From a virus (Duplodnaviria; Caudoviricetes): a stretch of 64,000 nucleotides of DNA. Below are positions 11,661-21,200 of this stretch, one piece after another. How positions within the stretch are numbered: the first letter of the stretch is position 1; every line of letters begins with the position of its first letter. The position numbers and the translations under genes were made by a program. Location: the IMG/VR virus record IMGVR_UViG_3300031993_000055, positions 1 through 64,000 of that record; one strand, 5' to 3'. The notes beneath the pieces were generated by a model, which worked only from the letters and a program-made list of their open reading frames with translations, was not told the origin of the DNA and ran no database searches.

Positions 11661-11694
11661 TGAGACCGCCTGTCCGTGATGGATGGGCGGTCTT
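11661..11694. terminator. Hairpin terminator between convergent hicB and the PRT/HAD gene, copy 2 of the 34-nt repeat
   Basis: Identical to 10711-10744; followed by a T-rich tract. Confidence 0.75.
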
Positions 11695-11706
11695 CTTCTT
11701 CTTTTC

Positions 11707-12564
11707 TCAATAGTACACCCTGCCGTCCTCATAGCAGTAGACAGGCTTCCCGGCGATGCTGGCGATGACAGGCGCCTGACGCGCGTCGCTCTCATAGAAG
11801 AGCTGCGCCCAGTCGGCTGCCGCATAGTGCCGTCCCTTGTAGTGTGCTGCCGTCTCGGTACAGTTACGCGCCTCCCGGCTGATGGCATCGAACATCACCA
11901 GATGGTCATAGCTGATGCCATAGCGGCGGAGCCACCCTTCCGTCACCTCACGGTACTGCTTGAGACGGTAGGTGACGATACTGCCGATCCTGGTCGTGGG
12001 GATGACCATCGGCACAGCCTCGGGCAGGTACGCCTCGTAGGCCTCGCGGTCCGTATCCTTGGGCGGCTCCTTGCACATGATGCCGTCGATATCCCACATG
12101 CTCTTCTCCGTCTTGCCCGTATAGTGGTGCAGGATATTCCACTCATACAGGTGCAGCCCGTCACTCTCCCGGTAGATATCCTCGAAGAAGATGTCCACCT
12201 TCTCCTTGGCCTCGCGCCCCTCGGCGAACACACAGGCGTAGATGACACCCTCCCCTCGCCCGGAAGCCTCTATGAGCGCGCGCGTGCGTCCCATGGCCTT
12301 GCCCTCATAGACCGTGTCGTCGAGCACCAGCACCCTACCCTCCTGCATCCTGCGCATGATGGAGCCTCGGCCACCGCAGCTCATCTGGCGCCCCAAGAGG
12401 AACTCATCGAGCGTGGCCGCAGGGCAGCCCATGAGCTCCGAGAGCATCAGGGCCGCGATCATGCCCGAGCGCGGCACGCCCACGACGAGCCTAACATCCC
12501 CGGGCACCTTCCAGAGGTTACGGCTGATAGCCTGGGACAAATCCTCATATCTGTGGTATATCAT
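11707..12564 (-). CDS. Phosphoribosyltransferase-like / HAD-like fusion protein
   Basis: VGVPRSGMIAA and VLVLDDTVYEG (PRPP-loop-like) motifs; C-terminal WDIDG HAD-like motif. Confidence 0.6.
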   Translation of the reverse strand: MIYHRYEDLSQAISRNLWKVPGDVRLVVGVPRSGMIAALMLSELMGCPAATLDEFLLGRQMSCGGRGSIMRRMQEGRVLVLDDTVYEGKAMGRTRALIEASGRGEGVIYACVFAEGREAKEKVDIFFEDIYRESDGLHLYEWNILHHYTGKTEKSMWDIDGIMCKEPPKDTDREAYEAYLPEAVPMVIPTTRIGSIVTYRLKQYREVTEGWLRRYGISYDHLVMFDAISREARNCTETAAHYKGRHYAAADWAQLFYESDARQAPVIASIAGKPVYCYEDGRVYY

Positions 12565-14054
12565 GTCCAGAGGTCTTTATGTTCTTGGAGCCACTCATCG
12601 GGCGACTTCTCCTTCCACGAGCCATGGCCGAAATGGTAGATGAACGGCTCGAGCGACACATGGTGGTACGGCAGGCGCGCACGGTGTACCTCCTCGAGGA
12701 ACCAGCAGCCGGTATCATAGGCGATATCAGGCTTGCGCGGCGTGAGTGCCCACATCTTCGGGTAGTTGTAGTACGAGAGGTTGTTGACCTTCACCAGCGG
12801 CACGTTGATGAAGCACAGGAACGGCAGCACGCGGTCGACGGTGATACCCCACTTCGAGGTGTGCGGCTTGACCTGTCCCACAAAGGTCTGCGTCTTGTCC
12901 CAGAACGACGTGATGTCCTGGCGTACCAGCACATCCGAGTCCATGAGAATAAAAGGGTTACGGCGCTTGTTGATGAGCCACTGGACGGTAAAGCAGTGCT
13001 TGGCACTGGCCCAGCCGTTACCCACGTCGACCTTGGTGGGATAGGCGGCCAGCAGCATGTTGAAGTCGATGATCTGTCCGTGGGTGTTGTCGATGACCTC
13101 CACCCCGTCCATGGGCACGAAGGGCGCCTTGTCGGAGTTGTCGAAGATAATCACCTTCACCCCGGGTGAGGAGCGCTGCAGCGAGCGCACGCAGCACTCG
13201 GTCATACGCGGCGTGTTGTAATGCACGATGCAGACGGTCACCTTATCCTTGCGCGCACGCTCGAAGGCCCCGACATAGGCCATCTTCTCAGGCGTACGCT
13301 CGTTATACAGGAAGAAGCGATCGCCGTATTTCCGCTCGAAGTTCTCATGGGGCGTGAAGCCCGTACCCTTCGACCACTTGTTCTGCATCCACTCCGAGAT
13401 GGTCTTAGTGGTGTAGTGGCGTATCCAGCCCACGGACCAGTCGAGCTCCTGGTGGCTCGAGGGCCTGCAGGGCTGCCCCGCTGCCGTATAGCAGTGGCGC
13501 GGCGCATCGGGGAAATGGGGCGACTTCCAGAAAGCCACGTTCTTCAGGTGTCCGCGGACGATGCTCTTGACCTGCTCGTTCTCGGGGAAGGCATACTGGA
13601 TGCACTTGTCCTTCTTGATGGGCTTGGTGAAACGCTCCGAGAGGCGGCGCCCGTCATCATAGAGGAGCCCACAGTCGCCGTAGCACTTCCAGTTGACCAT
13701 GACACAGTCGGCATCGGTGGACTCGAAGGTCTTGAGCCACTTCCTGACAGTGGTGCGTCGCAGCTCGAGGAACTCGTCGAAATCGAAGAAGCCAACCCAG
13801 TCGTAGCCGTCGCCGTAGCGGGCGTACAGCTCCGTATAGGCACGGCCCTGCACCGCGTCCTGGTCGCGGTAGTCATGGATGGATACACGGCCCGAGGAGA
13901 CATAGTCCCCAAGGACGGACTCAAAGCGCTCCTCGCCCTTGTAGTTGTTGTCGGCGATGTAGATGTGGTCGAAACCCAGATCGAGATAATGTCCGACCCA
14001 CTCGCGTGCATAGCGGTTCTCCCGCCTGCCGATGGCTATTACTGCTAACTTCAT
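12561..14054 (-). CDS. Two-domain glycosyltransferase (GT2_4/GT92-like plus GT2)
   Basis: ENRYAREWVGHYLDLGFDHIYIADNN and FFDFDEF in the first domain; VCIVHYNTP, IFDNS and LMDSDV in the second. Confidence 0.8.
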   Translation of the reverse strand: MKLAVIAIGRRENRYAREWVGHYLDLGFDHIYIADNNYKGEERFESVLGDYVSSGRVSIHDYRDQDAVQGRAYTELYARYGDGYDWVGFFDFDEFLELRRTTVRKWLKTFESTDADCVMVNWKCYGDCGLLYDDGRRLSERFTKPIKKDKCIQYAFPENEQVKSIVRGHLKNVAFWKSPHFPDAPRHCYTAAGQPCRPSSHQELDWSVGWIRHYTTKTISEWMQNKWSKGTGFTPHENFERKYGDRFFLYNERTPEKMAYVGAFERARKDKVTVCIVHYNTPRMTECCVRSLQRSSPGVKVIIFDNSDKAPFVPMDGVEVIDNTHGQIIDFNMLLAAYPTKVDVGNGWASAKHCFTVQWLINKRRNPFILMDSDVLVRQDITSFWDKTQTFVGQVKPHTSKWGITVDRVLPFLCFINVPLVKVNNLSYYNYPKMWALTPRKPDIAYDTGCWFLEEVHRARLPYHHVSLEPFIYHFGHGSWKEKSPDEWLQEHKDLWT

Positions 14055-14099
14055 GTTGATATAGATATAGAGATTAAAATAAAAATCACTCCTCATTCC

Positions 14100-14993
14100 T
14101 CATTCCTCACTCAACCTCTCCTCTATCTCCCTGCGGATGAGAGCGGCACGTATCTGCCAGTCCTGCGTGTGCGCGTTATCCTGGAAGCACACGATACCCG
14201 CCTCGTGGTCGCGGATGATGGCAGGCAGCAGGCTGACGGGTGTCTCGGAGGTGATGAGCTGCGTGCGCGGCGCATGGTCCACCTCCAGCCCTGCGAAATG
14301 CTGGTAGAGCGTATAGAGGTAATGATTAAAGCTGCGGTCGGTACGCTTCAGCGGCGAAAGGTAGCGCAGGATCTCCTCCCCGTGGCGGCGCCATACCTCA
14401 CGGCAGCTCTCCTTCAGGACAGGGGCGAAGCCATGGCCGTTGCGCAGCAGCACCGTGCGGTGACGGATGCCGAAGGGACGACCGACCATGTTCTGCTGGT
14501 ACATGCACTTGCGGTGGAAGACATTGGCACCGCCTGGGTACGGCTTCTCGAAGTAGTGCTGGCAGGGCAGCCCGTCGCGGAAGAAGTCCTCAGGAGAGAG
14601 TGGCGACAGGGGGAACATGTCGTCGTTGGCATAGATGAACCGCTCCGAGAGACCGGGGATATCCTTGAGGAACATCTCGATGCACGGCGAGGCGAAGCAA
14701 GGCAGGTGTTCCCTGGGAATGAAGTCGCCGTGGAAGACGACCGTCAGGGAGAAGAAGGACTGCTCGCGCATCCACGGCTGCATCTGACCCTCGCCGGAGA
14801 GCAGGATATAGATACGGTGCAGCCATGGCATATAGCGACGGCAGCAGCGGATAAGGAGCTCCTCGGTACCCCACGAGCGCCAGCGGCACATCCTGGAGGC
14901 GTTGTTGGAGTCGCCGAAGCGGCGGCTGTACTGCTGCTGCCACTCGGGGTCTTCGGGGAAGACCATGGGAATGACTAAATCTATTTCGTTCAT
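14100..14993 (-). CDS. Stealth-family hexose-1-phosphate transferase (CpsY-like)
   Basis: IDLVIPMV (CR1) and ELLIR..R.YMPWLHRIYIL / IEMFL..IPGLSERFIYANDDMF (CR2) motifs. Confidence 0.85.
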   Translation of the reverse strand: MNEIDLVIPMVFPEDPEWQQQYSRRFGDSNNASRMCRWRSWGTEELLIRCCRRYMPWLHRIYILLSGEGQMQPWMREQSFFSLTVVFHGDFIPREHLPCFASPCIEMFLKDIPGLSERFIYANDDMFPLSPLSPEDFFRDGLPCQHYFEKPYPGGANVFHRKCMYQQNMVGRPFGIRHRTVLLRNGHGFAPVLKESCREVWRRHGEEILRYLSPLKRTDRSFNHYLYTLYQHFAGLEVDHAPRTQLITSETPVSLLPAIIRDHEAGIVCFQDNAHTQDWQIRAALIRREIEERLSEE

Positions 14994-15018
14994 TTCTCCA
15001 CGTATTTGTCTTGTTTTG

Positions 15019-15055
15019 CAAAGATACATCAGGCTAACACGTAGAATCAAGGGCA
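15019..15055 (-). promoter_or_regulatory. Late-type promoter for the Stealth/GT operon
   Basis: TGCCCTTGA-N20-TATCTTTG. Confidence 0.75.
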
Positions 15056-15249
15056 AAATAATCCCCTCCGCAGAGGGGAAAAAAATTATGTTAACAAAAA
15101 ATATGCAGCGCCTCACGGCGTGAGAGTAAAATCTTTGTGCAAATATAAAGAATAAATTTCATACATGCCACGATTTTAAGAATTTTAACTCTGAAAAATA
15201 ATGGCAGCCCCCGCCAAGCCAAATGACGGGGACTGTATTCATAGGAATG

Positions 15250-18200
15250 CTAATGCTTCTCACCGTGTCTGTTCAGGGTCTTCTTGCCGGTGTCGTAAGC
15301 ATCGACCAGCCCACCTCTGCCATAAACATCGAAGTGACCCTTCACGCCGTTGACGAGGAGTTCCTCGAGCAGGGCGTTCTGGCGGTCGAGACTGTCCTTG
15401 AGACCGACAACCTGCGTCATGTCGGCAGATGACGTGCCGGTCATCTCGGTTACATCCTCGAACTCATCGAGGTTGCCGTCGGCAAAGGCAGGGATACCGC
15501 GCTTCATCGAACGGCGACGGCGCAGGGCCATCGAACCGCCGTTGTAGAGCGTCTGGATAGACTGCCAGATACCGGTGTCGTCCATCTGCATCATGCGTGT
15601 GGTGTGCGCGTCGATGATGGCCTCGCGCCCCTTCTCGCCTGTCAGGTGGAACTCAGGACCCGTGGTGATGTGGGTACGGATGTTCTTGCCCATGTACTTG
15701 GCACGGTAGGTCTTACCGTCGGCACCGTCCACGTTGTAGTGGCGGCCAGGGGTGAGGGTGCTCGGGTCGGTGAACTCGTTGACGTTACCCTCGGCATAGG
15801 TGAGCATACCGGTGGCAAGACGGCCAGCGCCTACGCTTGCGCCTGTTACCTGCGCGATCTGGCTCTTGGCTTTGCCGACCTTACTCATGGCCACGGCCAT
15901 CAGACCGCCTAAAAGTGCCGTCATGGCAGCAAAGGCGATAGGACCGGCGATAGGACCTAACTGCGACGCGGCCTTTCCGAGGATACCAGGGAGTTCAACC
16001 TTACCCTGAGCGTCGGTAGCAAGCATGTTGGTGGTCAGCATACCGATGGCCGTCTGACCTGCAGCCTGCAGGGCGAACGAGAGGAACTTCTGCGTCGTGT
16101 CCATATTCTCGTTACTCATCGTCTGATAGGCGATGCCGTACATGTTCATGGCAGAAGCCATGGCAGCATACTTACTCTGTGCGCTCGACTTCTCCTCCTT
16201 ATCGGCCTGTTTCGAGGCATTGGTCTCCTTCTTGGCATTCTCGGTCTTCGTCTGGGTCTGTGCATTAGAGTTACTGATGACAACACTCTTTACCTGATTG
16301 CTGGCATCAATCTCTGCCTGTGCAGCCTGCCCTGCAGCCTCTCCTACCTGCTGGTAGTAAGCCAGTTTATCCAAGGCGAAATTACCCGTAGACCCGGATT
16401 CCATGTTATCGCCTGCAGGCCCAGAGCCATAGTCGGCAGACTTGGAGGCGGCAAAGTCGCTACCAGTGTCGGCGCCTTCAGGAACCTGTCCACCAAGAGT
16501 CTGTGTCAGGGCGTTGACAGCCTCCGTATTGGCTCTTGTCGCCTCGTCATTCTGCTGTCCCCCAGAAGGATAGTTAGCACCCTTGTCCGCAGAGAAACCT
16601 ACACCTGATGGCACACCTTCCACCTGAGGTTCTGAACCGTAGTTGGCAAGCTTGTCGCTGGCAAACTCGTTTCCTACACCCGTGCCTGTATCATCCTTCT
16701 GGATCTTGATACCTTCAGCCAGCTTATTGGTAAGCGTGCCGATGCGCTCGGTATTGGCCTTGACGGCACTGGTATTGAGGTCCTCGGCAATCTTATTCAG
16801 GTCGAGCGCCCTCGTATTCTCGTCGACACCCTGGTTCTGCAAACTGGCATTAATCCAGTCGGTAATCCGCTCGGACATCTTGTTGTTCAGGTCGTCCCAG
16901 AGTTTCTTCCATGCCTCGGCCTGTGCGTTCTGACGCTCTATCTCATGCTCACGTTCCAGAGCCTCGCGCTCGTCGAGATGCTCATAGTGGGCGGTGGCTT
17001 TACTGGTACCGGCATTGTCGATGACGATATACGTACCGGCACCGGGGCCGCCCTTTCCTGTGAGGTTCAGCTTGGCCAGCTCGTTGTAGTACTCGGCATC
17101 GCCTGCATGTGAGGCCTCGAACACCTGCTGCAGACTGCTTGACAAAAGCTCAGACCAAGCCCTCAAATCCTGATACAGGCGGTTCTGTATCTCCTCCTGT
17201 TCCCTGGCTATCTGGTTGGTCAGATCCAGCTGCTTCTTCTCTTCCTCGGTGATAGCAAGATTCAGACTCTTACGCACGTTCTCAGCGTCTGTACTTGCAC
17301 GCTGGGCATCCCTTACCTTACCTTCAAGCCTGTACTGCTCAGCCAGCTTATCCAGATATTCGGCCTTCTCGTTACCTATCTTACGCATCAACGCAAACTG
17401 TGCGCGCTGTATACTCAGCTGAAGCTGCAGCTGCTTGATGGCAAGCTTGGATGCGATATTCTCACTGGCGGAGCCGGCACCAATCAGCTGGTTAGCACGA
17501 CCTATGCTCTCCTGTTGCAGTCCCATGCGCGCCAGTGCTATATCCGTCTCTTTCTTCAGGTTCTTACCATCAGGCGTGAATATAAGCTTCCACATCATAT
17601 CAGCATCCTTCTTGATACGTGAAGCCTCTTTACGGATAGCGTCCTGCACGGCTTCGTAAGCCTTTCGCAACTGTGCTATCAATGCCTGCTGCACAGAGAT
17701 GTCACCATCTATCTGTTTGGCCCACTCGTCAAAGCCAGCCTTAGAGACACGGTCTACCAGCTCTTTGACACCAAGAGTATAGGCATCCTCCAGCTGGTCG
17801 AGCAGGAATGCGGTCTTCTTGGGTACGTCGCCCTCAAGGATGCCCATCTTTGACAATGTCAGCTCAAGGTCTTCTACGATACTGTTCAATGGACGCTCCT
17901 TAGCCAGCGTGTCGGCCATGAACTTCACTTGCTTGCCGATGGACTTCTCCTGCTTCAGGTAGTCGCGTTCCCAACCCAGTCCGAGGTCGGCTTCCCACTT
18001 GCGGTATTCCGCCTCTCCACGACCGTTGGGATCTGCCTTGCGTACCATCTGGGCAAACTGCTTGGTCTTCTCAATACTCTTCTCAATGAACTTTACGTCG
18101 TCACCTGTGCGAGCGGCAATAATCTTATGTATAGCCTCCTGCTCATCCTTGACAACCTCGACATTCTTGTCAGAGTACATCTTCTGAAGCTCGGCCCGAC

Positions 18201-21200
18201 GCTGGTGCCACTCGGCCTCATTCTTGATTGTCCTAACCCACGCTTCACCCTCAGTGATGTCTTCGTTATTACGCTCGTCCTGAATCTTCTGGTTGCGCTC
18301 GGTATAGTAGGCATCCAACTCCTCGAGATAAGCCTGCAGCTCTGCCTTGAACTGCTTATGGCGGGCCTTCTGTTTGGCCGGATCCATCCAGTCACCTGTA
18401 TTCGTCAGGTGGCGGGCGTGCAGCTCGTCCTGGATCTTCAGGCGTTCGGTGTTGTACCACTCGATGACAGTTCGCATATCGCTGGCCATACCACCTTCGA
18501 TAGCCTTCTGGAGGGCCTTATCCTCTGCCAGTACGCTCTTGATGTCAGAGTCCGTCTGTATGGCATTGACAAAGTCCTTCATCTGCTTACGGCGGGTAAC
18601 CAGCTGCTCGGCGTTCATGTCTGCATAGTTGGTGGACTCGGCTCCGAGCTTTTCACCCCATCCGCCGTTGCCGCCACCTGTGCCGCCTTTGACCTCAGCC
18701 GGCAGCAGGCCACGCAGTCTCTTCATCTCATCCTCTGAGACAAGGTATGCTTCGGCAGTGGCCTTAGCCTGCTGGCTGATGTTCTTAGCGTTAGCCTCGA
18801 TATATCCGCGAAGCTGCTCCTGTGCATTGACAAAGGCCTTCACCTGTTCCACATTCTTCTCGTTAATCTGTGGCTTCCAGCCCGGGAGAGGCATTTCCGT
18901 GCTTGCCTGGGCGTTCGCATTGCCCTGCCAGTTAAGAGACACTTTTCCGGCTGTCCTGTTGTTCCATCCCTTGCCAAGGAATCCTTGTTCGGATGGTGCG
19001 GCAGTTGCAGCGATAGAAGCAGGAACGGCATTCTGGCCGAAGTTCTTCAGTATGCCTATGAGATTGTTCAGATTGGCGTTTACATCACCCTGTATGGCGC
19101 GCTGCGTGTTACGCAGGTCAGCACGTGTACTGGCAGTAGACACAGCAATATCCTTTGCCTGGCTTCTTGCCTGCTTCGCATAGTCTGAGAGTGCGACGCG
19201 GATGGAGTTGGCTTCCTTTCCAGCAATCTCTCCGTCGGCAACGAGCCTGTTTGTCATATTGTAGGCTTCCTTCATGAACGTACGCCATTCGGTGTTGACG
19301 TTCTGGTCGGCGAAGCTCTTCAGCCTGTCCGTCACGGCCTGGATATCCGTATTGGTCTTGGCGCCTCCCCTTACTCTGGTCTCCAGATTTCCGTAAGCCT
19401 CGTTGATATCCTTGTTATGCTCGGAACGAACGGCATTCTCCTGCTCGAGGATACGCTTCTCATAAGCTTCCTCGCGTATACGCTTGGCTATCAGCTCGTG
19501 CGCATTTGCCAGTTGGATGGCACTGTTGGTCTCACTGAGCATGTAACCGAGATACTTGCTGTATTTGGAGTTGATTTCCGATATGAGCCTACTGCGCTCA
19601 TCCTGAGCAAGGTTGGAGTTCTTCAGCGGTGTAAACAGACTGTCAAGAGCCTTCTTCTCGTCGCTGAGCTTCTGATTGAAAGCGCCGATCTCTGCTGCCG
19701 TCTCCTTTGTGGCCTCGTAGAAATCCCATAGCTTATAGGCTGCATATATGACAGCCGCCGTGATGGCTCCGAATACATTCTGCTTCATGGCGACATCAAG
19801 CTTCTTCCATTCGATAGCACCTTGTGCTACAACCCTGTTATGGATACCCATCTGCCATGCCAGAGCCTTGAGTCCTGTAATGGCTACGGTAAAGAACCGT
19901 CCTGTAGAAGCTGTAAGCGCAGCCAGCGCATTAGGCAGTTTTACAAGGATTGCCTGGCCGAGACCAATCCTGATAGCGGCCCACATAACCAGAAGGGTCT
20001 TGAGTCCCTTTGCGATTACACCGTCGCTGGATACAAGGTCCGCAATAGAGCGCAGTCCGTCAATAATACGCCCGAAGAAACGCTGCGACTGGTCACCGAC
20101 AAACCCTTCCTCGATCTGGTTCTTCAGGCGCTCCCACTTAGCTGCAGTGGTGGCGTTCATCTTCTGGAACTCCTGCTCGATGGCTATATTCTCCTTATAC
20201 GCCTGGCTTGCAACACCAAGCTGACGACGCAGCTCGTCGACATTCTGTGACAGACCAGCGAACACGATACCTGCACGGGCACCCTGCTGGTTCAAGTCCT
20301 TCATAATGTCGCGCATGCCGCCCATACCCATCATGGCCTCGATAGATTCCTCGTCCATGTTGGCATCCTTCATGTGCTGCAGAATCATCAGGATAACCTC
20401 CATACCCTTGCCTGCATCAAACAGGTCGCGGATGGTATTTGGTGTTACTCCGATGGCACGTGCTATGTCAAATGCGTTATTCCTGATGGCAGGAATCATT
20501 CGGGACAGTGCCGTAGCAGACATCTCAATACGCATACCGAGAGAGCTGATGGTAGAACCGAGGGCAGAGACCTGGTCGATAGTTATGCCGCTCTGTGCTC
20601 CCACAGCGCCCACACGCTTCACGAAGTCCGTGATTTCCGGTGCCGTAGATGCACTCGTGGCACGCAGACGGTCAATGGTAGATGCAATCTTCTCCATGGC
20701 AACAGCCGTCGCAGAAGAACCTTGTATCGTTCCTTCCTGCAGCTGCTTGCGGATCTTCTCCACCTCGCCGGTCGCAATGGCCACACGCATCATCTCCGTA
20801 GCAGCCTCCTTACCCATTTCAGGCAGGGCAATCATCAGCTTGTTGGCGGCCTCCGTAAATCCCTGGACATCCTCCAGCGTCTTCAGACCCAGCTGACCGG
20901 CAGCAGCAGAAATCTCCATCAGGTTGACAAGTGGTGTACGTACGTCCATCTTTTTAAGGTTGTTGCTCAGTCGTCCAACCTCGTCGGCAGTAAATCCCGT
21001 CGTCTTACGTACCTCACCCATCTTGTCGGAGAGCTCCAGGATATCGCCCATGGTGCTTGCAAGTTTCTGCATAGCGACAGCAGCACCCATGTAGAGTCCG
21101 ATATAAGTCTTCAGTCGGCTCCACGCCTTGTCAAATGAAGATGCCGTTCCCTTGGCCTGACCCTGAAGTTGTTTCAGCTGTATCTCCGCCTTCTTGGTGC

